From an uncultured Candidatus Saccharibacteria bacterium (GTDB taxonomy: Bacteria > Patescibacteriota > Minisyncoccia > Phycocordibacterales > UBA9973): 64,000 bases of DNA. This document shows positions 18,473-28,689 of this stretch, in pieces; the first letter of the stretch is position 1; the number at the start of each line of letters is the position of its first letter. The translations under genes were made by a program, and so were the position numbers. Below the pieces are notes generated by a model. That model did not search any database. It had not been told where the DNA came from and saw nothing but the letters and a program-made list of their open reading frames with translations. The stretch spans positions 26,004 to 90,003 of the forward strand of contig CAYPQU010000002.1 in NCBI GenBank assembly GCA_964412965.1. Reading direction: 5' to 3'.

Positions 18473-19444
18473 ATGAAAAAAAGATTACTTTCAGGAGTAA
18501 AACCTACAGGATCACCACATATTGGCAACTATTTTGGAGCTATGCGCCAATTTGTTGAACTTCAAAATAAGTACGATTCATTAGTCATGATAGCTGATTA
18601 TCATGCTCTTAACCTTATAAAGGATAGAAAAGAGATGGAGGAAAATATTATTAATATTGCTCTTGACTATCTTGCTATAGGGCTAGATCCAAAGAAAGTT
18701 ATCATCTTCAAACAATCAGATGTAAGTGCTCACACAGAACTTGCTTGGATTTTTGACACAATAACGACCATGCCCTATTTAATGAGAGCCCATGCTTACA
18801 AGGATGCAGAGGCGAAGAATAGAGAAATCAATGTTGGAACTTTTAACTATCCGATGTTGATGGCAGCAGATATTTTGCTTTACGATGCTGAAATAGTACC
18901 AGTAGGGCAAGACCAGAAGCAACACGTAGAATACTCAAGAGACACAGCACAAAAATTTAATAATATTTTTGGAGAAACTTTTAAACTACCAGAGGCTTTA
19001 ATAATGGAAGATGTTTCAATTATACCCGGTACAGATGGCCAAAAAATGAGTAAGAGTTATAAAAACACCATTCCTTTGTTTGGGACAGACGAAGAAATTA
19101 AAAAAATCGTAATGAGAATCGTAACCGACTCAAAAGAGGCCAACGAACCTAAAGACCCTGAAACTTGTAATATTTTTGCTTTGCACAAATTATTCTTAAA
19201 TGAAAAAGAAATAGTTACGCTACGCGATAGATACACAAAAGGCGAAATTAGCTACAAGGAATCCAAGGAAATGCTTTTTGATGAAATAATAAGATACTTC
19301 AAGACAATGAGAGAAAGAAGGGATCGATATCAAAAGAACATTAAGAAGGTAAAGAAAATATTAGCCAATGGTGCTAAGAGAGCGCAAAAGATAGCAGATA
19401 GAAAAATGTTCGAGATTAAAAAAATAATTGGGGTTAGTATTTAA
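18473..19444 (+). CDS. trpS: tryptophanyl-tRNA synthetase
   Basis: SGVKPTGSPHIGNY (HIGH-type motif), KMSKS, and overall TrpRS layout (~323 aa). Confidence 0.9.
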   Translation: MKKRLLSGVKPTGSPHIGNYFGAMRQFVELQNKYDSLVMIADYHALNLIKDRKEMEENIINIALDYLAIGLDPKKVIIFKQSDVSAHTELAWIFDTITTMPYLMRAHAYKDAEAKNREINVGTFNYPMLMAADILLYDAEIVPVGQDQKQHVEYSRDTAQKFNNIFGETFKLPEALIMEDVSIIPGTDGQKMSKSYKNTIPLFGTDEEIKKIVMRIVTDSKEANEPKDPETCNIFALHKLFLNEKEIVTLRDRYTKGEISYKESKEMLFDEIIRYFKTMRERRDRYQKNIKKVKKILANGAKRAQKIADRKMFEIKKIIGVSI

Positions 19445-19446
19445 TT

Positions 19447-19665
19447 ATGAAAAAAGATTTATTATCCCTGATTCTATTTATACTAAATTTCATCAATATT
19501 CCGCTAAAAGATGGTTTTAAAAAATTAAAAAAATGGTACCTAGGGGTTGAGAAGGAAGATAAAATATTATGGATTGCTTTTGCTCCGTTTTATTGGATAG
19601 TAGAGGGTTTGGTTTACTTTATAGGTCTGATAACAGATAAGGTTGATAAAATTGTTAATAAATAA
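19447..19665 (+). CDS. hypothetical small membrane protein (72 aa)
   Basis: Two predicted hydrophobic helices; no recognisable motif. Confidence 0.3.
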   Translation: MKKDLLSLILFILNFINIPLKDGFKKLKKWYLGVEKEDKILWIAFAPFYWIVEGLVYFIGLITDKVDKIVNK

Positions 19666-19677
19666 TTTATTAAAAAA

Positions 19678-21102
19678 ATGAAAGAAAGAAAATACATAAA
19701 AGAATTAAATAATTTTGTAGGGCAAGAAGTGTCAATAGCTGGGTGGGTTGATGTTCGAAGAGACCAAGGAAAATTAGTTTTTATGGACTTGAGAGACATG
19801 ACCGGAAAAGTGCAGTGTGTCGTTTTGCCAAATCACATAGAAGCCATGGGCGCAGTCAAAGAAGTCCGTAATGAGTGGGTTTTGGGTATCAGGGGAATGG
19901 TGAACAGGAGACCAGAAAAAAATATCAATCCTGAAGTATTAAACGGAAGTATAGAGTTAGAGATAATAAATATAGAGGTGTTGAACAAAGCCATTACACC
20001 TCAATTTGACGTAACTACTGATGGGCGCGAGATAGGAGAAGACAGAAGACTTAAGTATCGATATATTGATCTTCGAAGACCTAGGCTGCAAAAAAATATT
20101 CGCAACCGACACAAAATGGCAAAATTTGTCAGAGATTTTCTTGATAAAGAAAACTTTATTGAAATAGAAACACCCATATTAACTAAATCAACGCCCGAAG
20201 GAGCTAGAGATTTTATTGTACCTTCTAGATTATACAAGGGGACATTTTATGCGTTACCACAGTCTCCGCAACAATATAAACAACTCCTAATGTCAGCAGG
20301 AATGGAAAGATATTTCCAGTTAGCTAGATGTATGAGAGACGAGGATTCAAGAGGAGATAGACAACCAGAATTTACTCAACTGGACATGGAGATGAGTTTT
20401 GTAGATAGAGAAGATGTTATGGATATAAACGAAAGACTTCTCATCTCAATGATAAAAGAATTGTACCCGCACAAGAAAATACAACAAATTCCTTTTCCTA
20501 GAATATCCTACAAAGAAGCAATGGAAAAATATGGAAACGACAGGCCTGATTTAAGAGAAAATAAAGAAGATCCAGAGCTCCTGGCTTTTTGTTGGGTAAT
20601 TGACTTCCCATTCTTTGAGAGAACAGATAAATCAGATAATCCAAACACAGAAGGTGAATGGACATTTACTCACAATCCTTTTTCTGGGCCAGTTAAAGAA
20701 CACAGAAACTGGTTGATGGAAGGTAAAAATATCGGAGAAATTTTAACGACACAATACGACATCATTTTAAATGGTTTTGAAATTGGAGGTGGAAGTATTA
20801 GAGCGCACGAACCAGAAATGCTTAAAAAGGTTTTACAAATAATTGGTCATCAAGAAGAAGAGATAGCTCAAAACTTTGGACACATGTTGGGAGCTCTAAG
20901 TTCTGGAACACCGCCACACGGAGGAATCGCTTGGGGTTTTGATAGAGTATTAATGCTTCTAGAAAACGAACCAAACATAAGAGAGGTTATTACTTTCCCC
21001 AAGACAGGAGAAGCTAAGGACTTAATGATGGAATCTCCTTCTCTGGTATCCGAAAAACAATTAAAGGAGTTGGGAATTGAAATAACTAAAATCAAAAAAT
21101 AA
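19678..21102 (+). CDS. aspS: aspartyl-tRNA synthetase, short archaeal/eukaryal-type without a GAD insertion
   Basis: N-terminal OB fold, class-II motifs LRYRYIDLRRP, QSPQQYKQLLM, RDEDSRGDRQPEFTQLDMEMSF, GGGSIRAH. gatB is also in the window; a non-discriminating enzyme is possible (inference). Confidence 0.85.
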   Translation: MKERKYIKELNNFVGQEVSIAGWVDVRRDQGKLVFMDLRDMTGKVQCVVLPNHIEAMGAVKEVRNEWVLGIRGMVNRRPEKNINPEVLNGSIELEIINIEVLNKAITPQFDVTTDGREIGEDRRLKYRYIDLRRPRLQKNIRNRHKMAKFVRDFLDKENFIEIETPILTKSTPEGARDFIVPSRLYKGTFYALPQSPQQYKQLLMSAGMERYFQLARCMRDEDSRGDRQPEFTQLDMEMSFVDREDVMDINERLLISMIKELYPHKKIQQIPFPRISYKEAMEKYGNDRPDLRENKEDPELLAFCWVIDFPFFERTDKSDNPNTEGEWTFTHNPFSGPVKEHRNWLMEGKNIGEILTTQYDIILNGFEIGGGSIRAHEPEMLKKVLQIIGHQEEEIAQNFGHMLGALSSGTPPHGGIAWGFDRVLMLLENEPNIREVITFPKTGEAKDLMMESPSLVSEKQLKELGIEITKIKK

Positions 21103-21103
21103 T

Positions 21104-21889
21104 ATGAGTACAGAGGATGTTATATCTCCATATAGTGTCCGAACAGGAGCATTCGAGGGGCCTCTCGATTTGCTCCTTTCGTTAATAGAAAATAAAAAAT
21201 TTTTTATTAACGAATTATCTTTAGCGAATGTTACCAATGATTATATTTCTTACCTAAAATCATTAAGCGAAGTACCCAATGATAAGCACATAGAAAACGT
21301 TTCCTACTTTGTTTTAATAGCATCCACTCTTATTTTAATTAAATCTAGATCTCTTTTGCCAAATTTGTCTTTAACAGAAGAAGAAAAAGAAGATATTGGT
21401 GACCTGGAAAAGAGATTAAAAATTTATCAAATCTTTAAATCAGCAGGCACAGAAATAAATAAAATTTTTGGTAAAGATATAATTTTTACTCCAGTAGAAA
21501 GAGTTTGGAGTGACCCCGTATTTTCTCCCGATCCGATTATTACTCCCGAAAACTTATTAATCTCTGTAAAAAACGCCATAGCTAATGCCCCCAAGAAAGG
21601 AGAGAATTTGCCAGAAATAGAAGTTAAAAAGATTATTAACATAGAAGAAGTAATCAACAACATTACAGAAAGAATCAAAAATGCTGTTCAGTTGTCTTTT
21701 AAAGACTTAACCAAAGGAGACGGAACTAAACCAAAAGAAGAAGCAAAAACTCAGGTTATTATTTCCTTTCTTGCTATGCTAGAATTAGTCAGAGAAGGGG
21801 TTATTGGGGTAATACAAAACTCTTCTTTTGGAGACATAGAAATTAATCAAAATAAAAAAGAAGCAGGTGAAGAATTAACAGTAAGTTAA
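21104..21889 (+). CDS. scpA: segregation and condensation protein A (ScpA)
   Basis: FEGPLDLLLSLIENKKFFINELSLANVTNDYISYL, the ScpA N-terminal signature. Confidence 0.8.
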   Translation: MSTEDVISPYSVRTGAFEGPLDLLLSLIENKKFFINELSLANVTNDYISYLKSLSEVPNDKHIENVSYFVLIASTLILIKSRSLLPNLSLTEEEKEDIGDLEKRLKIYQIFKSAGTEINKIFGKDIIFTPVERVWSDPVFSPDPIITPENLLISVKNAIANAPKKGENLPEIEVKKIINIEEVINNITERIKNAVQLSFKDLTKGDGTKPKEEAKTQVIISFLAMLELVREGVIGVIQNSSFGDIEINQNKKEAGEELTVS

Positions 21890-21902
21890 AAAATATTGAC
21901 AC

Positions 21903-22442
21903 ATGAACCTAGAATCAAAAATAGAAGGATTACTTTTTTATAAAGGAGAAGATATGGAGATTAAAAAAATCGCCGAAATATTTAAAGTTGAAAAATCAGA
22001 GATAGAAGAAGCTCTTTTGGTGTTGGATAAATCTTTAGAAAACAGAGGATTAATACTGGTCAGGAAAGATGACCGAGTTGTTTTGGGAATACGAGGCGAG
22101 CTTAGTCCTATTCTTGAAGAAATGAGAAAAGATGAGATTACAAAAGAATTAACCAAATCCTCTCTAGAAACCTTATCTATCGTGATTTATAAAAACGGAG
22201 TAACTAGAAGTGAAATAGATTATATTAGGGGGGTTAATTCTAGTTTTATTTTAAGAAATCTTTTGGTAAGAGGATTAATAGAAAAAGTGATAGATCCCAA
22301 AGACAGTCGAAGATTCTTGTATAAACCAACCTTTGATACACTTACTCATTTAGGAATTAAATCGATTCAAGATTTACCCAAATATGAAGATATTCGTTCG
22401 CAATTATTAGAAATTAACAACATCACAGAAAAAAATGACTAA
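21903..22442 (+). CDS. scpB: segregation and condensation protein B (ScpB)
   Basis: IEGLLFYKGEDMEIKKIAE...LETLSIVIYKNGVTRSEIDYIRGVNS, tandem wHTH typical of ScpB. Confidence 0.8.
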   Translation: MNLESKIEGLLFYKGEDMEIKKIAEIFKVEKSEIEEALLVLDKSLENRGLILVRKDDRVVLGIRGELSPILEEMRKDEITKELTKSSLETLSIVIYKNGVTRSEIDYIRGVNSSFILRNLLVRGLIEKVIDPKDSRRFLYKPTFDTLTHLGIKSIQDLPKYEDIRSQLLEINNITEKND

Positions 22443-23493
22443 TGCATTAAAAATATTTTTACCTTCAGTTATTGCTTTCACGATAGGAATTTTTTTGACT
22501 CCAATTGCCACACACTATTTTTATAAATATAAAATGTGGAAAAAAGTTTCCAGAGATAAAAATATTATTAATGATGAGAACAATAAATTTTCAAAGATAC
22601 ACGATGTGGAATCTGAGGTTTCGACCCCAAGAGTTGGGGGGATGATTATTTGGATTTCTGTGGTTCTAACTGTAGCTGTTGTCTTGATAGCTGATTATTT
22701 GTTAGGAAACGACCTTACTCAAAAACTAACATTCATTAGCCGAAACCAGACATTGCTGCCTTTTGTTTCTTTAATAGTAGCTGCCTTAATTGGACTTGCT
22801 GATGATTTTTTACAAATATTTGGGACAGGAAAGTGGAGTAAGGATCCGATGCTTTTACGCTATTTAAAAATATCAATAATTTTATTACTCGGATTAATTA
22901 TTGGTCTGTGGTTTTATTTAAAATTAGGAACTAACACGCTCTATATTCCATGGTTGGGTGATGTTAATTTGGGATTTTTCTTCACACCATTTTTTATGTT
23001 CGTAATGTTGTCTCTTTGGTCAACTAGTATCATAGATGGAATTGATGGTTTATCTGGTGGTGTTTTAGCGACAATATTTATGGCGTACACACTTATTGCT
23101 TACTTTAACAATCAGATAGACATTGCAACTTTTTGCGCAGTTATTACAGGAGCAATTATGGCTTTTCTTTGGTTCAATATTCCTCCTGCTAGATTCTATA
23201 TGGGAGAAACAGGTATGATAGGACTAACTGTCACTCTTTCTGTTGTTGCTTTTTTAACAGACACCGTCTTGCTTTTACCAATTATTGCATTTCCTTTGTT
23301 TATAACTTCTCTTTCTGCTTTTATTCAAATACTTTCTGTGAAATTAAGACACGGCAAAAGAGTTTTTCTTATCGCTCCACTACACCACCATTTCGAGGCA
23401 AGAGGATGGCCTAAATATAAAGTAACGATGAGATATTGGATAATTAGTATTATCACCTCTGTTATCGGAGTAATTATTTCTATCATAAGCTAA
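22435..23493 (+). CDS. mraY: phospho-N-acetylmuramoyl-pentapeptide transferase MraY
   Basis: Polytopic membrane protein with DD motifs (LADDFLQI), IIDGIDGLSGG, and APLHHHFEARGWPKYKVTMRYWII (MraY HHH motif). Confidence 0.85.
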   Translation: MTNALKIFLPSVIAFTIGIFLTPIATHYFYKYKMWKKVSRDKNIINDENNKFSKIHDVESEVSTPRVGGMIIWISVVLTVAVVLIADYLLGNDLTQKLTFISRNQTLLPFVSLIVAALIGLADDFLQIFGTGKWSKDPMLLRYLKISIILLLGLIIGLWFYLKLGTNTLYIPWLGDVNLGFFFTPFFMFVMLSLWSTSIIDGIDGLSGGVLATIFMAYTLIAYFNNQIDIATFCAVITGAIMAFLWFNIPPARFYMGETGMIGLTVTLSVVAFLTDTVLLLPIIAFPLFITSLSAFIQILSVKLRHGKRVFLIAPLHHHFEARGWPKYKVTMRYWIISIITSVIGVIISIIS

Positions 23494-24620
23494 TGAAAAA
23501 AGGATCTATTGATAAAACTTTTTTAGGTATAGTTATAACACTAGTTTTAGTAGGGTTAGTCACTTTTACTTCTGCTTCTCTTGGGATCTTAGCTAAAAAT
23601 GAAGTTGAATTTAATAATGTTCTATTTAGCCAATTTGTACTTGGGTTTGCCGGGGGACTCGTTGCTTTGTATATAGGATATAAAATTCCTTATAAATTTA
23701 TCCGAAAATATTCTTTAATTATTTTTATTTTGTCTATTTTAGCAACACTTTTAGTCTTTGTCCCTGGCATAGGGTTAAAACTTAAAGGAGCAAGCAGGTG
23801 GATAAGTATTATGGGATTTTCATTTCAACCAGTAGAGCTTTTAAAAATAGGTTTTATCGTTTATTTTTCTGCCTGGTTATCTTGGGCTAAAACAAAAGTG
23901 AAGAATCCACTTTTCTCTATTCTACCTTTAGTTATTTTAATCGGAACAATTGGAGCGATACTGTTAAAACAACCTGACACTAAAAGCTTGATTTTAATGA
24001 CTGTCACCGCCCTCATTATGCTTTTTGTTTCAGGAGCACCTATAAAACATTTGGCTGTATTTTTTGGAATAGTTTTGATTGGATTTTCTATCTTGGTATA
24101 TTTTACCCCTTACTTAAAAGCTCGTATTGAAACCTTCATTAAACCCCAAGAGAACAGTCAAACAATTTCGTATCAACTTCAACAATCCTTAATAGCTATA
24201 GGTTCTGGGGGTATTGCTGGTAGGGGGTTAGGGCAAAGCATACAAAAATTTAATTATTTACCAGAACCACAAGGTGATTCAATTTTTGCCGTGATAGGAG
24301 AAGAAACGGGATTTGTTGGTAGTGCTATGCTGGTTTTGCTTTATTTGGCCTTTATCCTAAGAGGGTACCGCATCGCAATACGCAATGCGCCAGATTCTTT
24401 TAGTAAGTTGTTAGTTATTGGCTTCGTAACCATAATCACCGCTCAGTCTTATATGAATATAGCTTCTTCTATCGGAGTTTTTCCTTTAACAGGAGTGCCT
24501 TTAGTTTTTGTCTCTCACGGAGGTACTGCTTTGTTGCTTTCGCTGGGTATGATAGGAGTAATCTTAAATATATCTCATTATAAAAATAAATCTTCTGAAA
24601 ATAAAAATATTATTGAATAA
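23493..24620 (+). CDS. ftsW: SEDS-family peptidoglycan polymerase FtsW/RodA
   Basis: About 10 TM helices, with FQPVELLKIGFIVYFSAWL and SHGGTALL, typical of FtsW/RodA/SpoVE. Confidence 0.8.
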   Translation: MKKGSIDKTFLGIVITLVLVGLVTFTSASLGILAKNEVEFNNVLFSQFVLGFAGGLVALYIGYKIPYKFIRKYSLIIFILSILATLLVFVPGIGLKLKGASRWISIMGFSFQPVELLKIGFIVYFSAWLSWAKTKVKNPLFSILPLVILIGTIGAILLKQPDTKSLILMTVTALIMLFVSGAPIKHLAVFFGIVLIGFSILVYFTPYLKARIETFIKPQENSQTISYQLQQSLIAIGSGGIAGRGLGQSIQKFNYLPEPQGDSIFAVIGEETGFVGSAMLVLLYLAFILRGYRIAIRNAPDSFSKLLVIGFVTIITAQSYMNIASSIGVFPLTGVPLVFVSHGGTALLLSLGMIGVILNISHYKNKSSENKNIIE

Positions 24621-24697
24621 TCTTTTGTAGCATTATCTATTTATGGTATAATTATTGTAATTAATTGTTTGTATTATTAACTTTAATTTTTAAAAAT

Positions 24698-26683
24698 ATG
24701 AGGCCAATAAAATTCTCTTTAATAGCAACTATTCTGGTAATACCATTCCTTTTCTCTGGGAAGATAATAGCAGAAGAACAATCTTCTACAGAAAAAACAA
24801 ATGAAGTAAAAAATATAGTTTTGGCAGAAATAAATGTCCAAGATTCTAAGATCATTTCACAAGAAGGAAACACCTTGGAGATTTCTTTTAACATAACTAA
24901 TCGCCAGGGAGCGCAATCAGGTGTTAAGTATGGGGTTCGTGTAGTAGAAAAAATAGGTAAAAAACAAAAAGTACTAGATGAATACGTTTTCCCTGAGGTG
25001 CTTAGCGTTCCAGCAAACACAGTCATACCTAGGACAGTTGTATATAATGGCCCTGTTAACTTAGAGGGAGAATACAATCTTTATGTTTCAGCCAGAAACT
25101 ACAGTGGCCTACCTTTAGGTACTGCAGACTTAGGAAAAGTGACTTTTTCTAAACAAATGGATACACTAGAAATCTTAAGCGAGACTTGTTCAACTGTTAT
25201 AGAGAGAGCAGACAGTGTTAAAGAAAATGAAAACAGAGAGGATTTGGTCTCAAAAGAAGATAAGATAATCTTGTCTTGTTATGTAAGGAACAACATGGAA
25301 ACTGAAGTGATAACTACTCCTGTTTACGAAACGCACTACAGAACTCTGTATGGAGAAGAAGCTTCTCAGCTAGGTGGAGATATTAGTCCAATACTGCTCA
25401 GACCACTAGAAGAAAAACTAGTAAATCTAACCTTGCCTAAGATAGCAGTTCCTCAATCATATGTTACAAAAATATACTTTGAAACTTCTGGGGTTAATTC
25501 TAATTACGTAACAATGTCTTACACCGTCTCCGGTCTCAGTGCCACAATCCAAAACGTCTCATTGGATAAGAACTCATACAAAGCAAACGAGACTGCAAAG
25601 ATTGCATTCTTCTGGACTTCATCTGCTACAAATAGAGAGGAATTAACATCCATCTCTCTAAAAGCTGATATTGTTAATAAGAATAAGAGATCTTGTATAG
25701 AGAGTCCAATAAATACCCAAATGGCAGGAGTTGGATTCATTGAAATACCAGTAACTATTAGTAAATCATGTGATGATCCTGAAGTAACCATCTCTCTTTA
25801 TGATGCATCAGGAAAAGTACTTGATCAAAAAGCTTTAATATTTGAAGCTAACGAAGAAACCAATCTATTCGCAGGAAAACTAGGTATCATTGCTATTGTA
25901 ATTATTGTTCTACTAGTATTAACTGGATTAATTCTTTACTTTAAGAATCTAAAAGACAAAGATGGAGGTGACAAACCAAAGAGTGGTCACATAGAAGGAG
26001 CTGTGCTTGCTATATTCTTCATTCTTTCTATGTTTCTAATTCCTGGTGGTAGTGCAAAGGCGGATACTTACTATATTACTGTTGATAGAATAGATAATTA
26101 TTACAACCCTGGAACAGCTTACGGTACTATAATCTTAAATACCAATCTAGATAAAAGTGACTATCTATACGGGGATGATATTAGACTAAGCTCTTCGGTT
26201 TATTATGATAAATACAATCATTGTTCAACCTTACCGCTCGACGCTATTTTAGGCAATGAAAGACAGAAGATAGACTATTCCGGAGATACTATTATTTGTG
26301 GGGGAGATGAACTTTATGCAGAAAATGTATTTCTGTCGGGCGCTATAGCAACTGGAAATTTAACAATTTCAGGAAATGCGTTTCTTGACGGAACTCAACA
26401 ATTAGCAATCAATTTAGATTTATCTTATAACGTGATTTCTAATTCTCCTATAAAAGTAGAGATAAAAGCCAACGACACCTCTGGTGAAATTACGATCAAC
26501 AAAGATGAGCCTGTTGCCATAACATGGTCTGTCCTTAATTCAAATGGGTCTACCTGCTACTGTACATACGATGGAGACAAGTCATGTGGACAACCAAGCA
26601 GCGGAGATGTTGTTAACCACAGAGGTTATTCCAATATAGAAGTAGGAAAAACGACAATATTTAAGCTAGAGTGTAAAAAATAA
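24698..26683 (+). CDS. large hypothetical secreted/membrane protein (signal peptide, internal TM segments, Cys-containing C-terminal domain)
   Basis: N-terminal MRPIKFSLIATILVIPFLFSG, TM GIIAIVIIVLLVLTGLILYF; no recognisable catalytic motif. ATG at 24698 preferred over the TTG at 24665. Confidence 0.4.
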   Translation: MRPIKFSLIATILVIPFLFSGKIIAEEQSSTEKTNEVKNIVLAEINVQDSKIISQEGNTLEISFNITNRQGAQSGVKYGVRVVEKIGKKQKVLDEYVFPEVLSVPANTVIPRTVVYNGPVNLEGEYNLYVSARNYSGLPLGTADLGKVTFSKQMDTLEILSETCSTVIERADSVKENENREDLVSKEDKIILSCYVRNNMETEVITTPVYETHYRTLYGEEASQLGGDISPILLRPLEEKLVNLTLPKIAVPQSYVTKIYFETSGVNSNYVTMSYTVSGLSATIQNVSLDKNSYKANETAKIAFFWTSSATNREELTSISLKADIVNKNKRSCIESPINTQMAGVGFIEIPVTISKSCDDPEVTISLYDASGKVLDQKALIFEANEETNLFAGKLGIIAIVIIVLLVLTGLILYFKNLKDKDGGDKPKSGHIEGAVLAIFFILSMFLIPGGSAKADTYYITVDRIDNYYNPGTAYGTIILNTNLDKSDYLYGDDIRLSSSVYYDKYNHCSTLPLDAILGNERQKIDYSGDTIICGGDELYAENVFLSGAIATGNLTISGNAFLDGTQQLAINLDLSYNVISNSPIKVEIKANDTSGEITINKDEPVAITWSVLNSNGSTCYCTYDGDKSCGQPSSGDVVNHRGYSNIEVGKTTIFKLECKK

Positions 26684-26736
26684 AATTGACTTTTACAGAA
26701 ATTTACTATTTAATTATATTAAACAGTAAATTAAAT

Positions 26737-27435
26737 ATGAAAAGGAATTGTAAATGCCTAGTATTTATGGTGTCTATAATGATACTCATACTAGGGACTC
26801 TGTTAGCCCAGAGTTGTGACAAGGACAAACCACCGGTTAGTCCTCCAATTACGTACACGGTGACTATTAACGTCATCGGTAAAATCCATGTTACGCTTCC
26901 GCAAAAGACTGGGATCGTACCTGGTAGTAATGTTGACATAACGATAGAACCAGATAGCCTTTATTCTGTTTACTCCATAAAAGAAAATGGGGTAAACATG
27001 AACATTATCCCTACAGACAAAAAATTGACATATTCCTTAAAAAATATCCAATCTAATAAAATGTTGGATATAGAAGCGATAGAAACAGGAATTATAAAAT
27101 TGTCGGTCCTAGAGCCGCCATTAATGTTAAAAAAGATTTCTTTTTACAGGGGCAAAGATGATGCATACCTAGGAGAACTTGTACTAGACCAAATAGATTT
27201 ATCAAGAAAATATTACCACTATTATCCCTCTATGGATATTAAGGTGATAAACCAAGATGGATCTATCTTTTGGCAACAAAAATGGAGCTTAAAATTAGGA
27301 GTATACCAAAGAGGAGATCAAATCCTTACTGTCGTTAAGAACACAGACAAAATACTGCAGTTGAAAGATAAACCATCTTTCGATCCTACTTATGGAGCAG
27401 AGCTTTATGTCATATATACATATGAAAGAAATTAA
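26737..27435 (+). CDS. hypothetical lipoprotein
   Basis: MKRNCKCLVFMVSIMILILGTLLAQSC, a signal peptide with a lipobox-like LAQSC. ATG at 26737 preferred over the TTG at 26686. Confidence 0.4.
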   Translation: MKRNCKCLVFMVSIMILILGTLLAQSCDKDKPPVSPPITYTVTINVIGKIHVTLPQKTGIVPGSNVDITIEPDSLYSVYSIKENGVNMNIIPTDKKLTYSLKNIQSNKMLDIEAIETGIIKLSVLEPPLMLKKISFYRGKDDAYLGELVLDQIDLSRKYYHYYPSMDIKVINQDGSIFWQQKWSLKLGVYQRGDQILTVVKNTDKILQLKDKPSFDPTYGAELYVIYTYERN

Positions 27436-27456
27436 TTTTTCATAAAAATCTAAAGG

Positions 27457-27488
27457 ATCACCCCTATTTTACAGGGGTGATTTTTTTC
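27457..27488 (+). terminator. intrinsic terminator (tcacccct...aggggtga plus T7)
   Basis: aaaggatcacccctattttacaggggtgattttttt, seen directly. Confidence 0.7.
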
Positions 27489-27556
27489 TAGAAAAAATAT
27501 CGAAAAAAGGTTATAATGTCATTACCTTTATTAAACATAATTATTTAAATAACAGA

Positions 27557-28684
27557 ATGAAAATTTTACTAACAGGAGGAGGTACAGGTGGTCATTTTTA
27601 TCCACTTATTGCTATAGCTGAAAAATTAATAGAGCAAGCAGAAGCAGAAAAGGTTATTGACCTTAAGCTCTATTATATGTCCGATAAACCTTATGATAAA
27701 AGAATGCTTTTTGAAAATAAAATAAATTTTGTTCAAGTCCCTGCTGGTAAGATGAGAATTTATTTTTCTATTAAAAACTTTTTTGATATGTTTAAAACGC
27801 TTTCGGGTGTTTTATTAGGTACAATAGTAATGTTTTTTATTTATCCAGATGTGGTAATTTCAAAAGGAGGATATGCTGCATTTCCTGCTGTTTTTGCAGC
27901 TAGGTTTTTGCGAATCCCAATAATAGTCCATGAATCTGATTCCTTTCCAGGCAGACTAAATGTTTGGACGGCTAAATTTGCCGAGAAAGTTGCAGTATCG
28001 TGGCCTGAGGCTGCCGATTATTTACCAAAAGAAAAAACCGCATTAACAGGCCAACCTATTAGAAAAAGTATTTTGAGGGGAGACCCAAACGGTGCTCACA
28101 ATTATTACAAACTAGACGACAGGATTCCTACCATATTAATTTTAGGAGGATCACAAGGTTCTGAAAAAATTAATAATATTATTGTAGATATATTGCCTAA
28201 ATTATTAAATAAATATCAAGTAATTCACCAAACAGGGGACAAGAATTTTGAAGAAGTTACAGCTCGTGCAAAATTTTTGTTAGAAAACAATCCAGATTTT
28301 TCAAAATATAAACCTTTAAAATTTTTAAACAATCTTGATACAAGAATGGCTGCTGGATGTTCTAATCTAGTAATTTCTAGAGCAGGTTCAGCAATATTTG
28401 AAATAGCATCATGGGGTATTCCTTCTATTATTATTCCTATAACTAATTCTAATGGAGACCATCAAAGGAAAAATGCTTATAACTATGCAAGATCTGGGGG
28501 GTGCCAAGTTATAGAAGAAAGTAATCTAACCGCTAATGTTTTAATGGCTGAAATAGATAGAATTATAGGTGATAAAGAGAGGCTATATAAAATGAGCCAG
28601 AAAGCTCTGTCATTTGCCAATCATGATGCTGCCCTTAAGATAGCGAGGTCTGCTATTGAAATAGGATTAAGTCACGAAGAATAA
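27557..28684 (+). CDS. murG: undecaprenyldiphospho-muramoylpentapeptide beta-N-acetylglucosaminyltransferase MurG
   Basis: MKILLTGGGTGGHFYPLIAIAEKL, a GT28 N-terminal G-rich loop, and a C-terminal UDP-GlcNAc-binding region. Confidence 0.85.
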   Translation: MKILLTGGGTGGHFYPLIAIAEKLIEQAEAEKVIDLKLYYMSDKPYDKRMLFENKINFVQVPAGKMRIYFSIKNFFDMFKTLSGVLLGTIVMFFIYPDVVISKGGYAAFPAVFAARFLRIPIIVHESDSFPGRLNVWTAKFAEKVAVSWPEAADYLPKEKTALTGQPIRKSILRGDPNGAHNYYKLDDRIPTILILGGSQGSEKINNIIVDILPKLLNKYQVIHQTGDKNFEEVTARAKFLLENNPDFSKYKPLKFLNNLDTRMAAGCSNLVISRAGSAIFEIASWGIPSIIIPITNSNGDHQRKNAYNYARSGGCQVIEESNLTANVLMAEIDRIIGDKERLYKMSQKALSFANHDAALKIARSAIEIGLSHEE

Positions 28685-28689
28685 AGTAT

